63,902 nucleotides of DNA, filler included, from Octopus bimaculoides (GCF_001194135.2; 5 parts of 5 records of this genome joined end to end with filler, not necessarily neighbours in it); one strand, 5' to 3'; counted from the first letter of the whole stretch, positions 40,261 to 53,875 are shown. Made by a program: numbers and translations. Notes: generated by a model not told the origin, from the letters alone.

Positions 40261-40944
40261 AGCTGAGTATACTTGGCTCCATGCATGTGCACTTGAGACA
40301 TGATTACTGAGTTAACTCGTTTTTTATAGTAGAGTACTTTCTGGAATTTTCTATGTTTCATATAATATCATGCATACATTATATTTTTACTGACCAATAG
40401 AAAGAGGTTGCAAGAATTCAGTCTCTCAATATCAGGAAGCAAAAATTTAATCAATGCAGTGAGGGTTATTAAAAACTCTCATGGAACTTTCCTTGCTCAG
40501 ATATTCCAGCCCTGACCATCCTGTCCTTTTTTTTTTTATTAAATATAAGGAATCGAGGGCTACACAAATCAAACAACAGGGTATCGAGTGACTTGAAGGA
40601 AATTTGGCTGCTATTTCTAGCAAGTCAAGCAAACCAAGTAAAGATTCCTCTGTTGGAAGGACTTGGACTGGACGATGGACTGGAGTTGGGTGGAGATCAG
40701 AAATCAGGATTAAAGAATGCTGTAGCAGATGTTAACGGATGTTTATATAATCTATTTCTGCTGATGATTAGGATTAAATGTTGATCAGAATCCAAGAGAA
40801 AAAAAAAATCCACTCCCACTAGCTCTTCAACCGTCACCACTACCACCACCACCACCGATAACACTATCATACATGCTAACAAGAAAATGTCATACAAAGT
40901 ATGGAACTAAACATTTGGTTAAGATAATTCTTATTTTCAATGTT

Positions 40945-41317
40945 GGAGGCGCAATGGCCCAGTGGTTAGGGCAGTGGACTCGCGATCACAGGATCGCGGT
41001 TTCGATTCCCAGACCGGGCATTGTGAGTGTTTACTGAGCGAAAACACCCGAGGCTCCGGCAGGGGATGGTGGTGAACCCTGCTGTACTCTCTCACCACAA
41101 CTTTCTCTCACTTTTACTTCCTGTTTCTGTGGTGCCTGTATTTCAAAGGGTCAGCCTTGTCACACTGTGTCACGCTGAATATTCCTGAGAACTACGTTAA
41201 GGGTACACGTGTCTGTGGAGTGCTCAACCACTTACACGTTAATTTCACAAGCAGGCTGTTCCGTTGATCGGATCAACTGGAACCCTCGACGTTGTAAGCG
41301 ACAGAGTGCCAACAACA
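40945..41317 (+). mobile_element. tRNA-derived SINE type 3, fairly young, with (CAA)n tail
   Basis: ggcgcaatggcccagtggttagg (A box)...gactcgc...ggtttcgattccc (B box); 3' gccttgtcacactgtgtcacgctgaa...gagtgccaacaacaa. Confidence 0.85.
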
Positions 41318-41355
41318 ATTTTCAATGTATTCTCAGATGAGAGGAAATTATATTA

Positions 41356-41620
41356 TACAGGTTGTTCAGGCTAAATTTGATGATTTTGTATATGTTTTTT
41401 CTCAGGAACAGCTTGATCTATTGGTGAACAGTCAATGGCATTGGGGAGCATAAAGATTAAAGTGGTCGGTGAGAAAAAGTTAGCTGACACAGAGGACTGG
41501 AAGCCATCTGAATATTGGAAAAGAGTTACCTGTATCATGACGATTTGTGCTGGGTGTCAAAGTGCTGACATCATGGTTATGGCTCAATGCTCTGTGAACA
41601 CTATAAAGGTTGTAAGATTG
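41356..41620 (+). mobile_element. Possible Tc1/mariner-superfamily left end
   Basis: TA + CAGGTTGTTCAGGCTAAA TIR-like start and a short ORF KPSEYWKRVTCIMTICAG...QCSVNTIKVVR resembling an N-terminal HTH. Confidence 0.35.
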
Positions 41621-42147
41621 TTGTTGTCATTGTTTAAAAATTTAACCCTTGCCAGCCTTGATCAAGCAAACCTATTATCAAAGACATTCTAACTGTGACC
41701 ATCCCATTTTTCCCAAAATGCAGGTATTCTAAGACCGCATCATCCAATATGGTTTTGGACACTTTATTTTTATAACTATAAGGTGTGAGTGAGGGAGTAT
41801 CCTTCTTTTTTATGATGTTTAGGTGAGGTTTGAAAGAGAATTGACTGTTATTTCAACAGGTCAAGAAAGCCCCTTCATTGATTCATGTATTTAAAATTGA
41901 GTGTATGGAAACTGTGTAGAAGCCTAGCAGACAGATTGTACTGAGTCACACTGATTCTGCTTGAAGATTTATGTTAAACACGCAAATGTCTATGGTTAAC
42001 TCAGCCACATATCTGTTGCTAACACAATGAGTGAATTGTTCAATTAATCAAGCAGCAGAAAAACTCGGTGTTGAAAACCCACAACGGATCCATTAGCAGG
42101 TGAGTTTGTCTGTGCGTGTGTGTTTGTGTGTATGAATACATATATAC

Positions 42148-42182
<35 letters not shown>

Positions 42183-42499
42183 CGCACACACATATACATA
42201 CATATACATATATATATATATGCCTGTGTATGTTTGAATATCTGTATGTATATATGTAAGAACGTCTGTGTATATGTATGTAAGGGAGAATGTTGGTGTA
42301 TATATGTAAATGTATATCAGTGCGTATATATATATATATATGTGTGTGTGTATATATCACACCCATATGTATATGTACACCTGTGTGAGTATATATATAT
42401 ATATATATATAAAATATATATACACATATACACTCATACACACACACACACATATATATATATGATATATACATACACACACATACATATATATATATG

Positions 42500-42568
<69 letters not shown>

Positions 42569-43088
42569 ACACACATACATGTAAACCTGTGTGTGTACGT
42601 GTGTCTATATGTACGTGTGTAAGGAAGAATTATCACATTTAATCTGCCAGAGCCTAACCAAGAATTTTGGTTTATTTATTATTTTGTTTGTATTTTCGTA
42701 TTAAATTCCATATTATATCCGTTGTTGCCTTCGTATTATTAATTGAGAACCTAGCAGCATCTCTTTCTCTCGCTTCATGCTGCCACCACTCACCATTACT
42801 CACCACCACTCACCACTCACCGTCACTCACTTCCCTTTCTTATTCCACGTATCTGTAACATTCAGTCATTGTTTATCTTCTTCATTCTGTAGTCATCAGT
42901 GTTTTTTTTTTTTTTCACCAACCATTATTTTTTGCTTTTTTTAAAAAACATTTCCCTTTGAATTTTTAAAATTTATTTTCTGTTTTTGATTTTAATTTTT
43001 TTAAATCTTTATTCTTTATTTGCTAATTTATTTTATGTAATTATTTCCTTATTTGTGTATTTCTTCATTTCATATATATATATATACA

Positions 43089-43202
<114 letters not shown>

Positions 43203-43743
43203 TATATTATTGTTATCATTACATTAGCAAATTATTTTCATTGTATTGTGTTTTTATGCTGCTTATTGCTGTTGCTGTTGTTATGACATCTGCTGCTGCT
43301 GCTGCTACTACTACCACTGTGACTGCTACCATCACACACACACGCGTATGTGCATGCACGCACACACACACATGCACACCTGAAGACCCAAGGCTGTAGG
43401 CAAGAGAAGGCCATCTGTTTGATTGATAAAGGTTTGATCACTAAAGCACAGCAATTACTGATGTTTCCACCTGGGACAACGTTGCTGTTACTATACCTGT
43501 CTACAACATCCTTGATCTAATTCTCACCCATAGAAGAACCATTGCACTGATTAACATGGGTCCCCACCAATACCACCACTACCACCATCACCACCTTCAG
43601 CAAACAACAACAACAACAAGAAGAAACAACATGCTGCAGTAATTCTACACTACAACTAAAAGTAGGCCACTGAGTTGAATCACAAAAATTGAATCACTGA
43701 TACATTATAACCATGGATACAAATATCTCTAGCAATCTTGCTT

Positions 43744-43787
<44 letters not shown>

Positions 43788-43951
43788 NNNNNNNNNNATG
43801 CATCAATGGATGTATGCATACACACACATATACAGGCATTGTAGACCACTTCCAAAAGAGAGTCACCCAAGTGACTGACACTGAATATTTAACAACACAA
43901 CAACTGGCTCATGTATCAGAACAGAAAATATGAAGGTATTGTCAGAAGATA

Positions 43952-45160
43952 GACAGCTTGTTAAGCAGAATGGTGATAAATAGCTCAATTACCAGAATGC
44001 TGACAGATAACTTGACTAACAGAACGGTGATACAGGGCTAAACTACCAGAAGGGTGATAGCTTGACTATTAGCATGGTGATAGCTTGGCTATCAGAAGGG
44101 TGATAGAGAGCTTGACTGCCAGAAGGGTGATAGATAGCTTTACTACCAGAAAGGTGGTAGAGAGCTTGACTATTAGCATAGTGATAGCTTAACTACCAGA
44201 ACAGTAATAGAGAGCTTGACTACCAGAAGGGTGATAGAGAGCTTGACAATTAGCATGGTAATAGCTTGACTACCAGAAGGGTGAAAGATAGCTTGACTAC
44301 CAGAAGGGTGATAGAGAGCATGGTGATAGTTTGACTACTAGAAGGATGATAAGGAGCTTAACTATTAGCAGGGTAATAGCTTGACTTCCAGAATGGTGAT
44401 AGAGAGCTTGACTACCAGAATGGTGATAGAGCACTTAACTTCCAGAAGGATGATAGCTTGACTACCAGAAGGGTGATAGAAAGCTTGACTATTAGCATGG
44501 TGATAGCTCGACTATCAGAACAGTAATAGAGAGCTTGACTACCAGAAGGGTGATAGAGGGCTTAACTACCAGAAAGGTGACAGCTTGACTATAGCTTGAC
44601 TACAATAAATGTGATAGCTTGACTACTACCAGAAGGGTGATAGAAAGCTTGACTATTAGCAGGGAGATAGCTTACTACTAGAAGTGTGATGGAGAGCTTA
44701 ACTACCAAAACGGTGTTAGAGAGCTTGGCTACCAGAAGGGTGAGAGAGTGCTTGACTACAAGAAGGGTGAGAGAGAGTGAGCTTGGCTATAAGCATGGTG
44801 ATAGCTTGACTACTAGAAGGGTAATAGCTTAACTATCAGAAGCATGATAGAGAGCTTGATTACCAGAAGGGTGAGAGAGAGAGAGAGAGCTTGGCTATAA
44901 GCATGGTGATAGCTTTACTACCAGAATGGTGATAAATAGCTTGATTATCAAAATAGTGATAACTAGACTAACGTTAGATATGGCTTGTCAACCACACTGG
45001 TGACATCTTAACTAGAAGAAAGACAACAAATAGCTTGTGTACCAGAATGGCAATAGCCTGACTTGCAGTATAGCAATAGATTGTTTGACTGTCAGATTGG
45101 TGATAGTCTGACTATCAGAATAGTTAACAGTTTGATTCCATAGTGGCGATAACTTGATAA
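43952..45160 (+). repeat. ~1.2-kb minisatellite with two unit classes (23-27 bp)
   Basis: Unit A agcttgactaccagaagggtgat(agag) and unit B agcttgactattagcatggtgat are interspersed; the centre is homogeneous and the flanks are decayed. Confidence 0.95.
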
Positions 45161-45705
45161 TCATTCCCAGTCCTTTTATGATGGATTTTGCTGTGTTATG
45201 TAACAAGAATTGTGACAGTTCTCAATGAATTATTACCAGGAGAAAGGAGAACAGATTAGATTAGATTGATTAATTTCCAGACATATTGAAACGTGAAGAA
45301 CAGGTGATGTGTACCATTCTTTCCTGCTTCACTCGATAATACTGTTGAATGACACAATCTTTGGTAAGTCAATTTCAAAAGAGAAATATATCATTTTCTA
45401 CTCGGGACTGAGATTAAAAATATCCCTGACGCCAACAGATTATTGCAATCTGTATGTATGTAGATACATATATGAGTGTTTGTGAATGCAGGCGTACATG
45501 CACACGCACACACATGCATGTATTATACATCTATATTTATGTATATACATAGATAAAAATATGAATATGCACACATGCACATTACATTATGTATTATATA
45601 TCTGTTTTGTATATAAAATTGATATGTGTGCACACACACAGACATAAACGTATTATGTATGATATATCTGTTTATGTATATACATAAATATAAATTTGTG
45701 TGTTG

Positions 45706-45803
<98 letters not shown>

Positions 45804-45866
45804 GTGTATAAATATATTATGTGATAGTATGAGCACATGCACGACTCAGGATTGAATGAATTATTG

Positions 45867-45919
<53 letters not shown>

Positions 45920-47597
45920 TGATGAGAATAAGAAGTAGTGAGGTGCAATGTGACAGAGGAAAGGAAGACCAAAGAGCAGGGGGAGAGATCAAAGAATTGT
46001 TTTCAAATTTTTTTACCAATGTTCTCATAGAACATATTTATGTATCACTGCCACCGCCACCATCATCGTTTTAATGTCCAATTTGCCATGCATGCATAGA
46101 TCAGACTGAAGGAGTAAAGAGCTTACATAAATAAGTATTACTCCTGACTGCTACAGAAAGAATGATTGGGAAAATAAACCATAGTAGGATTTGAACTCAG
46201 AGCGCAGAAGACAGCCAGAACAAATATTCCAAAGTGTTGCATGATGCTCTGCTGATGAGATTGATACCAGATATGGTCGATGCTCAATTCAAACAGCAGT
46301 GAGGTAAACTTGTTTCTCGTGTCCCAGAACCATTCCATAACAGATTAACAATCAACGACACTAAATCACCATCGGAATTCCCTCATTGTCAAGGATAATT
46401 TTCAAGGTTTCTGAAATCCCGGGGCCATTTGATAATGAGCTCGATTAGCGTTGCGGTGAAGGTAGTGAGTTCAATCTGATCCGTGTCTGATCTCAAAAGG
46501 TCTCTGTATCCAAGGTAGAACTGTTTTGAGACAATGGAAAGCCTCTCCAATTGCTGAGAGATGCTGGCGTCAGAGTCTTGTTAGTGTGTGAGGGTCAGTA
46601 GCATGATAACCAGTGGGATTCGAACTTCTAGGTGGAATTTGGACTCTGAATACTATGGTTGTCTAAAACAAACGGAAAACAAATCTGAAGATGTTGCTCC
46701 AGTGGGGTTTCACTGCAATGGTTGAAACAAACTAAAAAAATAGCTAAAAGCAGTGCTGTAGCATGACCTCAGCCATTGTGGCTTAAATTAAAAAGAAAAG
46801 AAACAAAGAGACGAAATTTTGAAAGGCAGTACTCCAGTATGGCCTTAGCTGAAGTGGTTAAAACGAATGAAAGGACTGACTCAGAAAGGGAACAGTAAAA
46901 ATAAAAATAAAAAGATAAAGGAGGGGGAAGGTTGTAAATGAACCAAAAAGGGTTCTGCAAAGAAGTGAATAGATGGGATAGAGAGAGAGGGGGAGGGAGA
47001 GAGGGAAGGAAAGGAAGAAAAGGAAAGAGGGGAAAAAAGGAAGAGAAAGAGAGATAGAGAGAAAAAGGAACAGAATAAGAAGGGAAGGGAGAGAGAGAGA
47101 GAGAAAAGGGAAGAGTAAAGGGGAGAAGAAGGGGAATGAGAGAGGGGAAAGGGAGATAGTGGGAGTGAGAAAGATATTTAATGTAGAGGAAGAAGGAAGA
47201 ATTAAGTTTCAGAGTTTTAGCTCATATCTTTGGAAATGGAACTGAAGACAACAGGCATTGGTTAAATATAATTGTGGAAGAAGAATTCAATTATAACAAG
47301 AACAAAATAATAAAAATCCAACACCCACTCCACCCCAAGAGCAGCAGGGCTTGAAGAAAGACCAGTAAAGAAATTATTATGAAACAATATAAGATTCTGA
47401 AAGGGAAAACCCCTAAGCCGGTTTTGTGGTGGAGATAGAGAAGAAGGAGATGATATGGTTTTAAGATTTCCATAGAAATGAAATGTAACTGATTCCAGAA
47501 GACTGTACAGAGTATCGTAACAGAATTTACATAATAGATGACCAATGGCAGAAAGTTGCTATAATTTGGAAAATCTAATAAAATAAGCAGCAATGTA

Positions 47598-47987
47598 AGC
47601 GTAGGAGTGGCTGTGTGGTAAGTAGCTTGCTTACCAACCACATGGTTACGGGTTCAGTCCCACTGCATGGCACCTTGGGCAAGTGTCTTCTACTATAGCC
47701 TCGGGCCGACCAAAGTCTTGTGAGTGGATTTGGTAGACGGAAACTGAAAGAAGCCCGTCGTATATATGTATATATATATGTGTGTTTGTGTGTCTGTGTT
47801 TGTCCCTCCAACATCGCTTGACAACTGATGCTGGTGTGTTTACGTCCCCATAACTTAGCGGTTCGGCAAAAAGAGACCAATAGAATAAGTACTAGGCTTA
47901 CAAAGAATAAGTCTTGGGGTCGATTTTCTCAACTAAAGGTGGTGCTCCAGCATGGCCGCAGTCAAATGACTGAAACAAGTAAAAGAG
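47598..47987 (+). mobile_element. SINE type 1, near full length
   Basis: gcgtaggagtggctgtgtggtaagtagcttgcttaccaaccacatggttacgggttcagtccc (A/B boxes)...caccttgggcaagtgtctt...(TA)n...gcatggccgcagtcaaatgactgaaacaagtaaaaga. Confidence 0.92.
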
Positions 47988-48689
47988 AGTATATATATAT
48001 ATATATATAGCAAATGTCTATCAGGGGCCCAGTAGAATAAATTAGCAATCAAAGGGGTCCATAGGCAAAAAAGAAACAAAAGAAAAGATGATTGAGACCC
48101 ACTAGTTTAATACTAATTTTTAAATTCTGGTACCTATTTTATAGGTCACTTTTGCAGAATGGCTAAGCTACATTCCTGTAACTTAGCAATGGGAGGGGAA
48201 CGAACACAAACACACACACAATGGGCTTCCATACATTTTCCACTGACCAAATTGACTCACAAAGCATTGGTTGGCTCAGGGCTATAACAGAAGACACTTG
48301 CTTGAGGTGCTGCACTGTGGGACTGAAACCTGATGGCCAAGCAAGCTTGTTAACCACACAGACATGCTTTTTCTCTATATCTATAAAAAAATTTTTAAAG
48401 TTTGACTTTATATATTCTTACATTCTAAATACAGAAAAGCTTTCCAAAACGTAAATATTTTTACAGGAAAAATTTCAAAAACAGAAAATATTTCTTTACA
48501 CAATTTAGTTACTCCAAATAAAGAAGAAAAGAAAGAGAAAAATGTTCAAGAATCTAAGGAACAAAACTAAACATTTTATGAAAAACGTTCTCTCTTTGAA
48601 ACTACTGACAACTGAAGGTATCATGCACTTTGTCTTTCTCTCACTCACTTTGTATCTCCGTGTGTATGTGTTTATATATACACATTTGT

Positions 48690-48803
48690 ATGTATGTATG
48701 TATGTACGCATATGTGCTGCATATATATATATATATATATATATCATACATACATACATACATATATATACATACATATACATACATACATATATATATA
48801 TAT

Positions 48804-48836
<33 letters not shown>

Positions 48837-48909
48837 TATACATACATATATATATATACATACATACATACATATATATATATATACATACATACATACA
48901 TATATATAC

Positions 48910-48948
<39 letters not shown>

Positions 48949-49062
48949 CATACATATATATATATACATACATACATACATATATATATATACATACATA
49001 CATATATATATATACATACATACATACATATATATATATACATACATACATACATATATATA
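48690..49062. repeat. Compound (TA)n/(TACA)n microsatellite
   Basis: Alternating tatata and tacatacata blocks for ~370 bp, ending at a gap. Confidence 0.9.
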
Positions 49063-49162
49063 NNNNNNNNNNNNNNNNNNNNNNNNNNNNNNNNNNNNNN
49101 NNNNNNTTAATTAATTAANNNNNNNNNNNNNNNNNNNNNNNNNNNNNNNNNNNNNNNNNNNN
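49063..49162. other. Artificial contig join (N-TTAATTAATTAA-N)
   Basis: 12-mer at 49107-49118 flanked by N runs. Confidence 0.95.
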
Positions 49163-49723
49163 TGAGACTGAACCCGGAACCATGTGGTTGGTAAGCAAGC
49201 TACTTACCACACAATATTTATGTATCAAATATATATTATATATATTTATATAAATATATGGCGGCCAGCCCTTCGCACGTGTGATTACCGCTGCTGGAAA
49301 AATCCGCAAGAGATGTAAATCCCCGCACTCAAAAGCATATTATGCCACATGAGGAGTCTTCTTTACACTGTATGTTGCATCTGATGTTATTGCACCGTTC
49401 CACACTCACTAGGGAGCAGTGCATCATGAAAACGGAACAACTGTAATAATAAATTGCTTTTTGGTACACACCGTCTTCTCTATTAATCTTTAATATATAC
49501 CCAACGTGCACCCTGGAATTCTTGGACATTGATGCAACAAGGAATGCAAAGTATCGCTGATGATGCCTGCCAGCCATAAGTGGCCCGATTCCTTCCACGA
49601 AGCATCCTTATCTTCTAACAATTGTTGACGAATATTCTCAGTTTCCGTTTGATTATCTGACACATCAGCTCAGACTGTGATAAAATGTTTTACAGACTTG
49701 TTTTCAGTTTTCGGTATGCCCAG

Positions 49724-50140
49724 TTCTTTTATTCTTTTATTCTTTTACTTGTTTCAGTCATTTGACTGCGGCCATGCTGGAGCACCACCTTTAGTCGAAT
49801 CAAATCGACCCCAGGACTTATTCTTTGTAAGCCTAGTACTTATTCTATCGGTCTCTTTTTGCCAAACCACTAAGTGACGGGGACCTAAACACACCAGCAT
49901 CGGTTGTCAAGTGATGTTGGGGGGGAGAAACACAGATACACAACATATACACACATACATATATATATACATATATACGACGGGCTTCTTTCAGTTTCCG
50001 TCTACCAAATCCACTCACAAGGCTTTGGTCGGCCTGAGGCTATAGTAGAAGACACTTGCCCAAGGTGCCACGCAGTGGGACTGAACCCGGAACCATGTGG
50101 TTGGTAAGCAAGCTACTTACCACACAGCCACTCCTGCGCC
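49724..50140 (-). mobile_element. Full-length SINE type 1 inserted into the Gypsy integrase
   Basis: Removing 49724-50140 restores ATG CCC AG|T TAT GTA CAT TCC (MPSYVHS). Confidence 0.92.
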
Positions 50141-50821
50141 TTATGTACATTCCAACTGTGGAACTGCCTTCGTGTCTACAAAATTGAGAGAATGGCTCCT
50201 TAGTAAGGGCATTGCAACAAGTAGGACAACACCGTACAATCCCACCGGGAACAGTCAAGTAGGAAGATATAATGAATGGTATTATTTGGAAGTCAGTATT
50301 ACTCTCTTTGAAAACCCGAGCCCTTCCAGTATCTTCATGGGAAACAGGTCTTCCAGATGTGTTGCATTCAATCAGATCTCTACTTTGTACGTCCATCAAT
50401 GCCACTCCTCATGAACGTCTCTTTAACTATCAAAGACGTTCAGCTGCAGGAACATCTATGTCATCATGACTTCTCAACCCAGGACCTGTACTTGTGCAAA
50501 GAAACAATCGCATTAGCAAGTATGACTCTATCGTTGACCAAGTTGATTTGATCGAAGCCAATCCCCAATGCGCTCACATTCGTTAGCCAGATGGTCACAA
50601 AACCACAGTATCTACAAAACAATTAGCATTATCAGGAAAAATTGAACCCAACTGATGACTTAACCCAGGCATTTGTGGTCCCTCAAGAGCCAGACAGAGT
50701 TCTAACTGAAATATCTTCGCCTCCTAGAGATAACCCTCTAAAACAAAAAGAAGAATCCCCTCAAAGAATTCGGAAAGCCCCGGAAAGGCTTGACCTATAT
50801 TTTTTTTTAGGAGGAAGTGAA

Positions 50822-51031
50822 TGTTATGCAAATTGCGCTATGATTTGAGTGACCTCCCTTGATATAAAGGGCATGCGCATTTGATGTTCAGGGAGAGAGA
50901 GAGAGTGGCCATTTTGAATAACATACATTGAATCGAGAATATTGTGGATAACACTATAAGACACTCAACTGTTGTGGACTATGACTGGAAATTAGTTTCT
51001 TTGAACCAGGGATTACTGGTGATACATAACA
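50822..51031 (+). repeat. 3' LTR (210 bp)
   Basis: Starts TGTTATG right after the purine tract and ends CATAACA (7-bp terminal inverted repeat, TG..CA). Confidence 0.82.
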
Positions 51032-51181
51032 GCTAATATGAGAGTTTCTGTCATGGTATCTACGGCAGTATAGTTTGATCTAACAAAACATCTACATTTA
51101 ATTGGGTATAAATACTACCTCACATGTTTGAAAAGATAACACATAGTTTAAAATCAGTAAATGTTTGGAAAATATAATTAC

Positions 51182-51223
51182 CATTTGGAACAATGTCATG
51201 TCCTATACTTTCACACATTGCAC
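51182..51223 (-). CDS. Candidate 42-nt phase 1-1 exon encoding (C)AMCESIGHDIVPN
   Basis: Acceptor aattatcttttacag and donor ATG|gtaatt. Only the phase-1 frame is open, and it joins in frame to the exon at 56199-56244. Confidence 0.45.
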
Positions 51224-51529
51224 CTGTAAAAGATAATTTTGATTTCAGTTTTTATATTTAATAAATTGGAGAGTTGTTCTGTTTTTTGTCACAACAATCC
51301 AACATGTCACAATAGATACAATGAAACATTATATAGAGAGATAGTATAGCTAGCAGAGTTGTTACAAAAGGTTTGACTGCAACCTACAGTACCATGCTAC
51401 CTGTTATTTTTTTTTCAACTATCTAGTACTTTTCTGATGATTCTGGCCATGCCAAGAAGGCAAACCTTTGGCAACAGCTCTACTTGGGTACTCTATTCCG
51501 ATATCCTTCACATCCCTCTTGATGCTATT

Positions 51530-51870
51530 ATTATTATCATTATTATTTCATACAGATTAAACTGTTGAAAAGGAAGAATCCCTAACATCGGGCTACAACA
51601 AGTAACCTTAGATGCCAAGAGCGAAGTATCCCAGCTGTCCTTAATAACACTTTACTGGGGCTGCACAAAATTAACTTTCATGCTTATTTTCTCTATCCAT
51701 CTGTTCAGATCTTTAGGGATAGTTCCTAATGCACCTATAACTACAAGGATACATTTTACCCGCACTTTCCATAGTCTCTGTAACTCAATGTCTAGTTCCT
51801 GATACTTTCTTATTTTCCCTTTACCTCTCATATTGACATTTTCAAACATTTGGAACTGTAAAGTCAATTA
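51530..51870 (-). mobile_element. R4/Dong-like LINE 3' fragment (RLE C-terminus plus tail)
   Basis: KGKIRKYQELDIELQRLWKVRVKCILVVIGALGTIPKDL; ends at an ATT-rich run at ~51530-51547. Confidence 0.75.
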
Positions 51871-52017
51871 CCTGGAACTTTCTGTTTTCTTTGTCTACTG
51901 CTGCTACTGCTGCTGCTGCTGCTAAACCAGGCCTTCTGGCTTCTATTACAATGTCGCACAACATCTTATATTTCTTACTTTCTAGCACATTACTAGACAC
52001 ATGCTCATACCATTTAA

Positions 52018-53875
52018 TGTTATTATTTATTGTCCTTGCACAGCTTCTAACGCTGGAGACAGACTACAGTGTCAGCTGGTCACTACCAGTGACCTAAGGT
52101 AATACCCCTTATTTTTTGAGCACCATCCGGAGTATTCGAGCGGTTCCAACCAGTGCTGTTTGCTGCAAGTGCCCCACCCTTATTGCAGCTCCCATTTGTT
52201 CCATGTACTTCTCGAGAGTTTCACTCACTGTTTCCAGGGCTCTGACAATTATTGGTACTACTACTACCCTTTTCATCGACCGCAACTGTTTAACCTCCCA
52301 AGCTAACCTGTCATATCTATCGACTTTTCTTTCTTCTTTATCGCATACCTTGTTGTCAGCTGGGCGTGCTATATCTATGATCCAGCATTGTTTACTTTCT
52401 TTCTCAATTGACACTATGTCTGGTTTCCTATTCTATATCTCATGGTCGCACTGAATCATAAAATCCCATAGGATCTTTACATTATCATTTTCAATGATGC
52501 CTTCGGGTTTATGTTCGTTTCACTTTTTTGCTCTATCAAGTCCATACTTGTTGCAGTGTCCAATGGACAATCTTTGCTATATTGTCATGACCTCTCTTAT
52601 ATTCTTTCTGGGCTAGTGGCCATTTTGTCCACAAATCCTGCACTTATCACTTTCTGATGTGTTGTCCATTCTGTATTTGATGTAACTGGTTCTCAACGCT
52701 TGCTCTTGGGCAGCACAGATTAGAGCCTCCGTTTCTGGTTTTAAATCACTTTTAGTCATCCACAGCCATCTTTTTTCGCTGTTTATCTTATCTTCAACAT
52801 TCCTATGAAATTGTCCAGGTATTCTTTTCTTTATCCACCTATTTTCAGCTTCATTCATTCTCAAGTCCTTATACAGAGCTTTATCTTCTGATCTAATGCT
52901 GTGTTCGCATACAATCAGTCCTTTTCCTCTTCTTTTTCTTGGTACGTAGCCTGTCTTTGTCACTTTTTGGGTGGAATATCCCACATCTAGTCAGCAACTT
53001 TCTTGTTTTTCTGTCTAAGCTGTTTAGTTCGTCTGCTGTCCATGCGATTAACCCTGCTCCATATCTAAGTAATAAAACTTCTCAGGTGTTTATAGCTTCA
53101 ATCTTATTCCGTCCCTTTAATTTCGACTTAAGGATCAGTCTCAGACTACACAAGTACTCCACCTTAAATTTTTCTGTCATTTCTTTCTCCATCAATTTAT
53201 TCATTTCCAATATCCCCAAGTACTTATAGCCTGTCTCTTCTATCTGCTTCATAACCTCCCCCGATGGTATCGCTAGCCCGTCCATACATTTGATTTTGCA
53301 TCTCTTCAAGACTAACACACCACACATTTTTCAGTCCACACTACATTCTGATATCAGCATTGAAAGTATTCACTGCATCAACGAGGAAACTGACTTGGGA
53401 TTCATCTTTACCATAAAGTCTGAGGTCATCTATGAATAACAAATGATTGACTTTTTGTTTGCAGCTCTTGAATACATACCCAGCCTTTGCTTTTCCCAAA
53501 ATCAGTGTTAGTGGTATCATGCACAGTACAAGTATCAGTGGGGACAGGCAGTCCCTTTGGAAGATGCCTCTCCTGATTTCTACGGTCCCTAAACTTCTTG
53601 CATATACTGTCAGTTTCGTCCTCCACTTTGCCATACATTTTCCAACTAATCGCTCAACATTCAATGCAATACCAAATACGTTCATAAATTCCATAATCCA
53701 AGAATGTGGGATCATATCGTACGCCTTTTGATAATAGATCCATGATATGGCTAAGTTAGTTTTCCGGAGTTGATCCTTGGTACCTCTGCACTTACGCTTG
53801 CAACCTTTCTGCTCATGTGGCACGACTCCATTTTTTTCCAGATGTCCGTACATCTGGAAAAGTGGCAAGCAAGAT
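52018..53875 (-). mobile_element. R4/Dong-like LINE: RT, partial zinc knuckle, RLE and 3' end; frameshifted
   Basis: [16 protein letters not shown]; [13 protein letters not shown]; [13 protein letters not shown]; [11 protein letters not shown]; GYKYLGILE; DLKPETEALICAAQEQALRT; CRICG; CWIIDIARPADNKVCDKEERKVDRY...LQQTALVGTARILRMVL. Confidence 0.9.

Larger units (their letters stand above)
49500..51031 (+). mobile_element. Gypsy LTR retrotransposon 3' part: decayed integrase, PPT and 3' LTR
   Basis: HPGI remnant; GPIPSTKHPYLLTIVDEYSQFPF; VIKCFTDLFSVFGMP|SYVHSNCGTAFVS...SKGIATSRTTPYNPTGNSQVGRYN; IWKSVLLSLK...TPHERLFNYQRRS; ends RIRKAPERLDL. Purine tract at 50809-50821. Confidence 0.9.

Noticed and set aside
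40945-41015. tRNA-like sequences here and at ~39335, ~47600, ~62020
   Set aside because: They have A/B boxes but lack a complete cloverleaf and continue into SINE bodies, so they are SINE heads rather than tRNA genes.
43952-45160. CRISPR-like appearance of the array
   Set aside because: No unique spacers (units are contiguous and mutually homologous), eukaryotic context, no cas genes.
45281-45363. Plus-strand exon-like segment (tttccag ... TTG|gtaagt)
   Set aside because: Stops in all three frames over the full length; the shorter 23-nt version has no partner exon.
46127-46150. 24-nt phase 1-1 minus-strand micro-exon candidate
   Set aside because: Lies beside degenerate SINE sequence, has a moderate donor, and the peptide is uninformative.
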